In this document: positions 27,201 through 39,000 of the stretch, one piece after another
Layout: the number at the start of each line of letters is the position of its first letter
How positions within the stretch are numbered: the first letter of the stretch is position 1
Origin: Yuukianura sp. NJ FZ-2021
Taxonomy: Eukaryota
Reading direction: 5' to 3'
Length of the DNA stretch: 64,000 nt
NCBI GenBank assembly: GCA_046563655.1
Contig: CM102289.1
Coordinates: 5,766,001-5,830,000, forward strand
The notes under the pieces: model-generated
What the model saw: only the letters and a program-made list of their open reading frames with translations
What the model was told of the DNA's origin: nothing
The model's database searches: none
Translations under genes and position numbers: made by a program

Positions 27201-28228
27201 ATAGAACAGGCACATTGAAATTGACAATGGGACAGGGACTATAAAAGTACTATAGAAACAGCAGACCTTAGTCATTTTGGCTTTATTACATAACCGTTGA
27301 GACCATGACTAAGGACCACGGCGACGACGGTTTCAAAAGATGAATATCCTTGTCCTAGACAATACCTCATGTTCCACGGTGATACAAGACCATTGTCAAA
27401 CATAAGCAAAAAAACAGTGGAAAGGTACAGGGCGGGAAGACATGTTTCTGCCCAACATCTGTCATGTCTACTCTGCTCCCCTGCTTACACATTTTTTACC
27501 AGTTTCCAGTGAAATGTTCAACATGTTAAAAAATGGATGCTAAAACATGTTAAAATTATGGCCGTTGCTCCTTGGGAGAGTGAACGAACGCTTGCATGCT
27601 CAAAGTAAAAAAAACCTAAACAGTTTACCGAAGCAATACGAACTTAACGCAAAAACACAAAAGAAAAGACTAGTTACAGTAAAGTCCCTCATTCCGCAAC
27701 ACACTTTTCTTCTTGACGAAAACCGTAAAACTCAAATTCCTTTTTGAGACAATAAACATAGCCTTTCGAAAAAATGAATCGGTGACTTGAGTTTACCCTA
27801 TAACGTAATCGGAGACTTTACGGTATCAAACGGTGGACTTTTCCCTGTTGCATAATGAAGGGGTTTTACTGTATCAAACTTTTACTTACCTTCTCGTGGA
27901 AAGTTGCATTATGCAGTTCATCTAGGGTCGGACGAGGCACGGCATGGATTGACATCAAATCCCGGTAGTTGTCATACTTTGGCAGAGCTTCACGAGTCAA
28001 CTGGCCAAGACTCTTCAAGTTCCAAGTATATTGATGCTGTGTCATCCCTTCGTAGTTTTCAGATGGATCTTCTTCAGAAATAGCTGCTCCACCAGCCACC
28101 ATTTCCGGCCCTACTTTGGCCACTTGAAACCGACTTTTCTCAATATCGTTCATCTCTTGATCTTCCGCGGGATATCGATATGTCTCTCCCGAACCTTTGC
28201 TGATACTGACCCTACCCTTGCTCGGCAT
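18300..28228 (-). CDS. SLC12 Na-K-2Cl cotransporter, paralogue A (canonical NKCC / Ncc69-like)
   Basis: ATG 28228 (MPSKGRVS), RFQV motif, TREALP...[98 protein letters not shown], and [16 protein letters not shown] (18300-18302). Intron of about 4.6 kb after the first coding exon. Confidence 0.95.
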
Positions 28229-29620
28229 TGTGCTTAAATTAATTCTAAAACATAAACAATTCAAATTATAAATACAAGCCCATTTTAGTAGTTGCATTTC
28301 CAATTACAATCAGTCCGATGTTATTGTTTACTACCTGTGTCACCTTTGAAACTGTCTCTGTCACGCCAACGATGCACAATTTGTGCACAATTATCAGTAT
28401 TGTTCACGAACCGCGATTATAAATCGTTACACCGGAAGTGTCAGTTTTTCAAGTGGATTGATGACAATGACGATGAAGTGCCCATGGCAAAAAATTGACT
28501 CAGAAAGTTGGCAGTTGCCGGATACAAACAAAAGACAAGACAAGAAACTTAACTTTGATTTGACAACCTTCTCTGCCGAACAGAAAGTGCGGACTGGAGA
28601 GCAGGGGGAAGTAGTTCTCTCAATTTATAGCATAAACATCATGATTATTCAGAGTCATGAACACACGCTACACAGTACCATGGTAAGCCGTTCATTAACA
28701 AGAAGACACGTTAATCATTATCACACTAAACAATTAATTCAATTTGTAACCAACTCTTTAAGCCAACGATGCATGAACAGTACTTTTCTCGGTCGATCGA
28801 ACAAAAGGCGGGAAAATGAAAGGCGATTGAAAAAAAGCAGCGGAAAACGAAAGACGATCGAAAAAAAAAAAGCGGGAAGCTGTTGATGCTTTCAAATCCG
28901 GAAGATTTTGTTGTTACGTTATCGCTTCGCATACATTCTTCTTTGTTCCGAAAAATCCGAAAAGCTGACAAATGTTGCCTGTTTTGTACCGAAACCCGCA
29001 CGGTGGGAAGAAACATTGAAAAGTTGAACGATTTTGACACAAACTTACATTATCCAGGAAAGAAAAGTCTGTTTTGGATCATACCTTACCATTAGAGCCA
29101 CCAATACCACCGGTGGTAACGGTTCCTCCTGGAAGGATGGATACTGGAGCTAATAATATAACGGAAGTTACCCCAGTCTCCATGTAGATGCGGCGAACTT
29201 TCTCCGACTTTTTCCGAAACAGAAACTTTCTCTCCTTTAAACAAATGCTCCAGCCTCTTCCAGGATTCCATTTGGAGGGAGACAGGGAGCACAAGCACAT
29301 CACCGACACAGATCCGGAAGAATCACCTGCTGCTGCTGCTCCTTGGTCTTACTTAACGTGTAGTCCAGGATTTTGTCGTTGGAGACAAATTGGTTCCTTC
29401 CAGGAAAATTGACATTTTCCGGCACAAGCCCAGGACGAGACAATTCAAATCCGGAATCCAAAAATCGTTTAATTGGAAATCGAAACATCTTTGCCAAGAC
29501 TAGGAAAAATATACTGGGTTGAGCACAATAGAGATTTAACTTAAGCAAGGACGTTGCAAAAGGTCAACTTAAATTGAAAAATTGGAATCTTTGGAACTCG
29601 GAAGGATCCGGCATGGTTGA

Positions 29621-31806
29621 ATGGTAAGCAACTTTTCAAGAGTTTTATGAACACAAATTGAAGAAAAATGGTGTTACAAAATAATTGAATGTGACATTGT
29701 GAATGAAAACTTGCTTATTGCGTTGAATTTGGTCCAATTTGTAAAACTGTACAGTTCTGGCTCTTTCCAGAATAAACAAGTTTTAGGTTTAATGTGAAAG
29801 AGAAAGTTTTGGAAAGTTCAAATACTAACCTATTAATTTTTATTAGAAGGAAAATCTGATGACAGACGAAAGTAGAGTAAACACGTGAAATTCATTTTGT
29901 TTTTATTTCACATACTGACGTGAATTCTATTTTTTAAAAATTATTTTAAAAAATCAGTATGAAAATTTGCTGAACAATAAGAATTTTCTTTCACTTTTTG
30001 AAAGCCTTATTGTTGCAAGAAATATTCAAAGAATGACGGCACTGAAAGGGGAAGAGCGAGATGCATGTCAAAATTTAAATTTTTTTGAGAGGGAATATTG
30101 TTTATAATCAAAACTTTTAACTTTTCTCGAGATGTTTTTCAGTAAATTTTCAATTCTTTAATTTTTTGTCAGTTTTCGATTAAAAAAATTATTGATAGTT
30201 GTGGAAAAATGAATCTCATTGAGTCTTGAATAGAATTGAGCGCGGTTTGAATAGCTTGGGGATGATAAATCAACTTAATTTTTTAATTGTAGCTGAATTC
30301 AAACATGTAAGTTAATTAATCGTGAAATGGATTTGCATCAGCTGTTACTTCTTAGCACTAGTCATACCTTAACGCAAATCAACTAAGTTTTTGTTCGTTT
30401 TGTTGTTGGTTTAGATTCTCAGACGACCTTGGCATTGGCCCGTACTCCGAGGTAGAGTTCGCAGTTGCAGTTGTAGCTTCAGTACTGGCGAAATTCCCGG
30501 ACCAGGAACAGTAGAAGAAGACAAGCCAAAACCAATCATGAACGCTTCAGTTGGAAACGATGAAGACCTTTTGTCTCATACTAGAAACTTCATTCCACAA
30601 TTGACAAATAAGATGCACAAGGGACAGGCTGGTAGAATTGCAATTATTGGCGGGAGCGAAGAATACACTGGGGCGCCATATTTTGCCGGAGTGAGTCAAT
30701 TGAGCATAAAATAGAGCAGGCAATAGAGACAGTGAACTGTGAACAAATGGGTTTACTTCGTGATTTACAGCTATCGGCGCTTAAAGTAGGAGCCGACTTG
30801 GTCCACATCTTCTGCGTCCGAAATGCTTCTCCTGTGATCAAGAGCTACAGTCCCGAATTAATAGTCCATCCAGTACTAGACGAAGAAAATGCATTAGAGA
30901 CGATGGTAGATTGGGCTCCAAAGATGCATGCCTTTGTCATCGGTCCAGGGCTTGGTCGAGATCCTAAAGTTCATCAAGTTGTGTCAAAATTTATCGAAAA
31001 GCTGAAGGAGCTGGATAAACCAATGGTTATTGTAAGTTCGCATTACTTGGATGATAATTATCATTAGTTTCCCGGAGAATAACGTCAGATTTAATGACAT
31101 TTTTTATGGTTGTAGGACGCTGATGGTCTTCTCATTGTAACAGAGCAGCCAGATTTAATTCGTAACTACTACAAGGTGATTCTAACGCCAAATTCAATTG
31201 AATTCTCAAGACTTTGTACAGCCATTTTTGGAGGAGAATTCAAACCAGTTCCTAGTGCTTCTGCTGAAAAGATTCGTGACTTGTCACTTGCTCTGGGAAA
31301 TGTTACGATCCTGAACAAGGGTGCTACTGACGTTGCTTCCAATGGACGCTTAGTTGTATGTTGTGCCGGTGGTGGGTCAAATCGGAGATGCGGAGGTCAG
31401 GGTGACGTTTTGGCCGGTACTCTAGCAGTACTTTTTCACTGGGCTTTATCTTATGGAGACAAAGGAGGAGCTCCCGGCAAGAAACACTTTTTGTTTCTTT
31501 AGAATTACAAAACTTTTAATCTAGTCTGTAAAATTGGCTCAATTTTTAAAACTTTTTTTTAAACTTTCTAGCACCTCCAGAACTTTTGGCCCCCTATGGT
31601 GCATGTCGGTAAGTTTTGGTATTGAATCTCAATTAAACTTTGTAAGAATGACAGCTGTTATGTAGCGCGCCAACTTTTGAATTTCTAATTCCAGGCTTAC
31701 AAGAGAATGTGCCAGATTGGCTTACTCACAAAATGGACGGTCCATGACGACAACAGATTTGATTAAATTAATTCATCAGGCGTTTCTGTTCCTCTTCGGT
31801 CCTTGA
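29621..31806 (+). CDS. NAXD: ATP-dependent (S)-NAD(P)H-hydrate dehydratase (carbohydrate kinase domain protein)
   Basis: Motifs HKGQAGRIAIIGGSEEYTGAPYF, LKVGADL, IKSYSPELIVHP, VIGPGLGRD, DADGL, ILTPNSIEF, RRCGGQGDVLAG, GRSMTTTDLI; stop TGA 31804-31806. Exons ~30415-30690, 30771-31031, 31116-31476, 31572-31608, 31695-31806. Start uncertain (ATG 29621, 30262 or 30538). Confidence 0.93.
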
Positions 31807-33039
31807 CATACTAGATCCAAACTTCCATCGTACTAAAACTACCAGATTACTACTGAGCTTTGTAAATAACACGAAGAGAGAACAGTTGAAATTGATGTTT
31901 TAGAGAACTAAAAGGTAAATTAAACGTTAATTGCAGTCTTTAACTTGTAATTAAAAATTTACTACCCAGGAACTAAGAAACAAACTGTAACCTAATTATT
32001 TTTCATTGTTCTTTCTAGACGTCCAAATCTGTCCAAAACTTTGCTCGATGTTGTTTGTAATGGATGATGAAGCTGTGTTGTCTGTTCTGTTTTTCAAGCT
32101 TTTCCAGGGTCCTCCACGGTTCCATTAAAAACCTCGATATTGCCAAACTAAAGTGAAGACGAGAGACGCTTTTGTGAAATAAACCTTTTCAAATGAAAAT
32201 TCATTTCCGTATTTGTCTAACTGTTATTTGTAAATTTTTTTTAGAAACAGAGAAACTCTCCACATACACAACGTTCAGCTTTTCGAAATGATTCAACCTG
32301 AGAGTATCAGCTTCATGTAATTAATCCCAGGCAAGTCTTCCTTTCATCTCTTGTTCAAGTTTCTCGTTTCCCAAATACTAGGAAATCAGGAAATATGTTT
32401 CAGTTGGACTAAAGCCGGATTTTGCTCACCTATAAACTTCAAAGTTTCCATTTTAGTTCATTAACACAAGTTTAGAAGGATTAGTGTACAACTTTGATCG
32501 AATAGACTTCAAAAGTTGCGTTCTCTTTCAAAAGCAGTACAAATACAGAAATAACTTCCGTTAAGTTTTCAAAATTTCCAGGGGAATTGAATAGTATCTC
32601 TTAAGAAGTAAATGCATTCAAAATCTTTCAGAAGTTTTAAGAGACAAAACTGAGGAAGTCAAAGGTTAAAAGGTTCCCTCCTTGTCACTATGGGTCGTCG
32701 CTGACAACTTTGTTGTTTCATATACTCAAGGTGACAACTTTGTTATAGAAAAGTTGAAAAGTGAAAGTTGTTTTCACTTTTGAACAAACTGAGTGGCAGG
32801 TTTAAAGGTTTTATTTTAACGTCTTGCTTAGAACAACAGGGAAAGTGGTTTGGACAGCGGCGGAGACGCTGTGTACAGTGAAGGCTCAACGAGTTAAATG
32901 ATAAGGGCCCTTAAGTCCCCTTCAAAAGTGAAGAGACTTGATAGAATAACTTAATTAACTTAAAATTATTATGTTTTCATAGCACGTTTTGAATTTAGGT
33001 TTAGAATCATCCTAGAGGCTTAAACCGCCAAAACTTTTT

Positions 33040-36000
33040 TTACGAATAGAAAGTTAGAACAGACGTCTGATTTCCACGGACCAATAGGAAAGGCGGCATG
33101 TCTCTCGTCAGAACTTCCAGCCACGCCATGTACAGAGGTGCTGAAACTTGACCTTTTCGGGGAATTGGAAGTGTCCTAAAGATCAAAATTTTGAAATTGA
33201 AGTTCGAATTTCTCTAAAAAGTGTCATTTGAGCTCTAGTTTCACAACGTTTTTCGTTTGTTCTGAAAAAAAGAACTCACATTGCAATGAGATTGGATTGG
33301 GCTGAATGTTCTAGTAAAAGTTCACGGAGTCGGAGATGTCGATTTGTCTTTTCTCGGAGACCAAGAAGTTCACCATTGGTTATCAAAGTCTCAGGATCAT
33401 CTATAGAACAGAACAAGAAAAAAGTGAAATTCGAGACACGTTGTTAGCCCTGTGCAGATAGAATTTCACACAATGTTCAGCAATTTCGTGATTTTTGGAA
33501 CAGAAGGAAGGAAAATTTTGGCAAAGAGAAAGTTATTTTGGGAAGGAGAACGTATGGTTTCATACGGGCTTTATCTTGGTAAGCAGAGAGAACTTGAAAA
33601 GAAGGCAGAAGAATTAAGAAAATATGAGAGTTCGGTTTCTGCTTTCAGTTGCAGAAAGGAAAAAAAATTGGGAGAAACTTGTGGTTTTTTTTTTCGAAAA
33701 AGAAGAAATTGAGCTGATTCAGGAGAAAAAAGAGACACGAGAAGAGAAAGCGTGGGAAACCTTTGCCAAAAAAAAGTTGTGCAAAAATGTGTTATTTTAA
33801 GACTCCGCAGGAATAGAACGAAGGAAGCGACGCTTATTGGTTCTTCCCTTTAAGAAAAAGTTTCACAACTTTCACCGTGGCATTTCCTCATAAAAATTTC
33901 TATAAAAAGTCTTATGATTTCAAAAAAATTGTGAGTGTTGCTTTCAACTTGTGTAAACAAGTACAAAACTCGGAATTTTGTATAAACAAAATGAGACAGG
34001 AAGACACGCAAAAGAATGAAATATTGTTTAACTAAGAATTTAATAAGGCAAATGAAATTTTTTTAGTTTCCCAATAAGTTTTTTTTTCTTACCGAATTTC
34101 TGTGGATCTCCTCGGAATTGCTTAATGAGCGACTCAAAGAAAACTTGTGATGAGTCTGATGCCTTTGTAGTTACGTCCGGAATCACGGTTAGATCGGAGT
34201 AATCGATACGAAACTTAGACAAAAGACTTGCCATCCTGTCCACGGTTTCACCCAAAGGAAAATAGAACAGAACAAAAAAAATAGTTTTAGCCAAAGCGAT
34301 CTTACTTAATAGATTTGATCAGCTCAACGCACACTTTCTTCTTTCTCTTTCTACGTTTCGCAGAATTCTACGCCTCTCATGAACGGAAACTTGTGAACGG
34401 ATCGGCTTAGGGATATAACTTTAATAGACACAGGTAACTGTACCGTAGTGTTCATATTAAATATGCTTAGGAGTTCTATGCATGACCAAACCGGTTCGTA
34501 AATATGCGTTCAAAAGTGACCTAGTCACTTGTTCGTACAAGACAAAGAAGACATAAGGTTTGACAGCGGATAGTCATTTATCCAAAGTCCAATTTCAGAT
34601 CAAATTCATTTTGGCACGAACAAGGCACTTTCGCCTTTTCTTTTTTTGGAAGACAGATGAAGTTTTTTTTTTGGAAAACTTTTTTTTTCTCAGAATTCGG
34701 ATATTTGTGCTGAATAGTAATTATTAAAAAGTTTAACACGAAAGTTGAAAAAGGGATACTCATAATTTTTGCCAAACTTTTAAAACTCCCAATTTTTAAA
34801 AGTTTCCTACCGAACAGCTAAAACTCGGAATAATCAATTTTTTGGACAGATTTTTTTTTGAAAACTTACCCTCGATGCTCAATTTCCATTTCAGTTTTTT
34901 TGTTGCCAAGAACAAATACACGAAGACGACACTGTGACCAATTTTTGCGAGTTTGAATAATGTAGGGTAAAAGGAGAGTCAGACCTAAAGTAAGAAAAAA
35001 AGAAGTAAAAAAAAAGAAGTCATGTTTAGCTTACTACTATTTTGAATTACGAGGAAATTTTCTTTGTTTTAAAAAGTGGGCCATTTTTCATCCAGCTCGC
35101 TCTGACACTTTTACAAATTCTTTCTTTGTGAATGCCAAATTTTACATTTAAATTCCATTTCCAGCGTCATGTGATAACCTACTATTTTAATATTTTAGAA
35201 AAGTTTCAACATTTGAAGGGTGCTGTAGAAGTTTGAAATTTAGTTGCTCAAAAAGTTCAGAAAATTTTGACAAAAAAAATCGTAGGTGGTGGTATTACAC
35301 GAATTCGAAAAAGTTTAAAGTTGAGCCCCACTTAAAAAAAGTTTTATAGCTGCCCATTATATTATTTTCCTTTCAATATCCTAATGATTGCCTCCCATAA
35401 AAATCCAGTGAACCAAATCCAAACTTCTAACATGTCTCAACACCTTTCTCAATTTTCTGTAAAGGCTTCCAATTCTACCCGGGTATTTTCAAAAATTCCC
35501 TCGGTGGCAGGAAACTCTCTGTCCTTTTGTCGCCAACGATAAGAAATAGAATTATAAACTCGTTTTCGTCTCTTCCTGTTCCGAAAGCAGGAAGAAGAGG
35601 AAAAAGTTGGAGAAAAGCGTTTCCTGGAAGGCAAGCGCGGGGGAAAAAAAAGTTTCGTAACTGGATTACTCCTTGGTTTTCTTTACTAGGAAAATCCATG
35701 AACGGAGAAAGTTGTCTTTTCCTTTCGCTGCTTATTTGCTCGAGTTGTTAAGTTACTACACTGTACGCCCCCATTTTTCTTAAAACTAATTTAAGTCCCC
35801 CCAGACTAGGAGTTAAGTACCCTCAGAAACTACTTTGGGGACTTAAGTCCCTCTGTAATCCCCGCAAATCGTGTCTCAACTTACCCCCGTCATCATATAA
35901 CCACCACACATCAATGACTCCCTTTCCTTGTTTCAGTTGAAATGGAGACATGGGCACGCATTCCGTTCCGGGTTCTGATCCGTTGACTCCTGGCCCTCTG

Positions 36001-39000
36001 CATTTTTTAAAAACAAATTGCAGGTCAAAAGTAGCCGAATTTTGAAAAACTTGCGAGGGAACATTTCCAACCTGTAGTCGAGTTTTGGAATTTAAAAAAT
36101 ACAGTCATATTCTGTATGCCAAAAGAAAATTTTCCGCACTAGTTTCAGTCGCCAATGCCAAGAAAAATTACCCAACCTGGGCTCGAACCCGTGGTCCCAC
36201 TCCAGAAGAATGAGAACATTTTTTTGGGTCGAATTTTTCGACAGACAAAGTGTTTAGGATATTATATCATACGATTTACACGTTTGCTGTTGAATAATTC
36301 GACATAAAAAATATTTAAATTATTTAAAACATTGTCTGGGTCTTCGTATAAAGTGAGGGTTCGAGCACAGGTCGGGGTAATTTTTTTTGGCAATGGCAAC
36401 TGAAACTACTGCGGAATTTGTTTTTCAATATATAGACAACGATTGTATTTTTTAAATTCCAAAACTCAACGACAGGTTGGGAATGTTCCCTCGTTAGTAA
36501 AAGGCCAAAGGTTGGGGAAAAAATAACTTTGGAACGGAAACTCACCGATAGACGCCGCCACTTACACCTTCGTCACTTTCACGCGGGGATGAAGTTGTCG
36601 TTCTCGAGTCAAAAACAAGTTTATTCCCACGCCGAGTAGCTGCGGACAAATTGTTGACCTGCGTGATGCCACCGTTTCGATCATTAGCAGCCTCTGGATC
36701 TGTCGGGTCAACTTCCAGAATATTTTCAAATGTGTTGATAGTGCGGGGTGAATGGGCCATCGGACGAATTAAATTTCGCGGTAAATTTTCTTCTAGACCT
36801 CCAACAATATGGGAGTTGTCCAGAGCCCCCTTTGTACGTAAAATGGCAATGCCCAAATGGTTATCCAGAGCCTGGCTGGAAAGTCAAAGGTCAAGTTTTA
36901 ATCAGAAAAGACGATCAACTTACAAACAAACCGAAAAGTAAACTTTTAAATGCTTAAATTTTCTTCACCGCTGAAAAGTAGATTTGAAAGAAAAGCAATT
37001 TGGAGCTTAAAAGGTCCAAAGTTGAACAAAAGTTTGTAAATTGAAAAGAGCACAACATGAATTGACTTTTGGAAATTTAGTTTAAGTGTGGCGTGACACT
37101 CCCAGAAGAAAAAGTGTTGAAGTGTGTAGTTCTTCTTTCAAAAACTTTTTCCCATGTCCAAAATGTCAAAGTTTTTCGCATACCCAAACTTTTTTGTGTA
37201 AAGTGAAAGTTGACAGAGACTGAAATTGTGAAAGTAGTTGGAAAGTGGGAATGACAAGTCGCTGAAACGGCACCTCAGAAGTTTTGTTTTGAAAATGGCG
37301 CCAAAAGAAAAAGAAATTGAAAACCCCACTTTCCTTCAGATCATAAAATAAATAACACTCCCTTACGATAACAAGCAAAAATTCAATAACTTACTGCAGG
37401 ATGTTAAAGTATTCTTTAACTTCTTCTCTGTCTTCACAAACTTGCCAGTTAGCTTTGTAGCCCATTAAAAGAATGTTTGGCGCCAATTTTCCAATTCCGG
37501 TTGACTGAATGAGCGCTTGACAACCTTCATCAAATTTGCATCCGTCAACCATCACGTAGAAGGCTTTGACTTTCTGTAGGTGTAACCAGTCGTAGCCATT
37601 TTGAAGCACAACTCTTCGAATTCTCGCTGGAACTTGGTCCTCTTGAATATTTGCACAAATTAGGAGCGAATTCTAAAACAACATCCAAAATTTGGTTTTG
37701 CAAGTGAAAGTCTTAATTTGAAACTGCTTGGTATAATTTTTTTTTTGTTTCTTCCGCTCTAAAACATTTCTTGACCTGTTAATTTGCTAATTATGACTGA
37801 TTAGATATTGAAATAACGTTAATTTAACTTACCTTCTTTGTAATTAAAGAAGCGAGATCAATGAGAGCTGGACGTGAAGACGGAAATCCACTGAGACACA
37901 GGATTTGTGGACGGTAGTTTTTGACATGTTCGTTTTGAACGGCCAGGCGTTGCAACGCTGTCAAAGCATCTTGGTACGTCTGCGCTTGGGTAGTTGTTCC
38001 CCAATTTAAATCTAAGTAAAACCCAAAAAAATGAGGCTCACTTTTCAATAACTTTCGTTAAGAAGCCTAGTAAAGTGGAAAAAATCTTACCGGGATTTCG
38101 GTAAACAACGATGGAGTAACAAACAAAAACACAGAAAATGGCAACTAGAGCGCAAACCCACGACATCAGGAACTAAATAGTCAAAAAATGACGTTAATTT
38201 TCGAGAGTGCAATTTTAATTGTTTTCGTGTACTCACCATCACCACAACACAAACAACAGCTCCTGCTAAGCTCAGCCAAGTATTATAATACTACAACAAA
38301 AGTTTTAAAAAAATTCACAGATTTTCTTTTGTGTTTTTACGAAGTTTTGAAGGAGTTGACTAATTACCTTGAAAGTAGGTCTCCAGCCAATTGGCCTCAC
38401 AAGACTAGCGTGAAATGTACAGTAGTTCAATAGTGCGTACTAAAAGCAATCAAACTTTTTTAATTAGTTTGGAAAAATTACGTGTCTTAAATGAAAATCT
38501 TACCGCTGCCATGAACATGGAAGAGATGAGCATAGCTATAGCGTTGAGATCAGCGATGAGAATGAAGATGAGTGCTATGAGGAAGCCAAGTGCATACGAC
38601 CAGTAGGGGTCATCGCTCTTCTTGTACCCGATTCCAAACCTATTATTTTATATAAATTATTTATTACAATTTATTTTATAATATTCATAATTGATCTTAC
38701 CGGGTCAAATAAGGGTACACTTCATCCTTACAAAGCGCTTGAAATGTCTTCGGACCAGACACCATGCATGACAAGGCAGATGATAACGTTGCAGCAAAGC
38801 ATCCCGCGTAAATAATTGGACCTGCGTTATTATTATAATTAAATTTTAATGTACAATGTTTATTATTAGTTAAATTATAATAGTTAATTTATAATAATTT
38901 ATAATCATTAATTTATAAAGTACAAAAACTCCAAGACTTACCAAATGCTGACATCAGTTGCATAACCTTAATCAAAACAGAAAAAAATTAAGCTGGTGCT

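Noticed and set aside
28383..28886. 167-aa plus-strand ORF
   Set aside because: No recognisable family; lies in the presumed 5' intron or leader of paralogue A.
31916..32018. Possible 3'UTR intron in NAXD
   Set aside because: Only splice-like signals; cannot be supported without transcripts.
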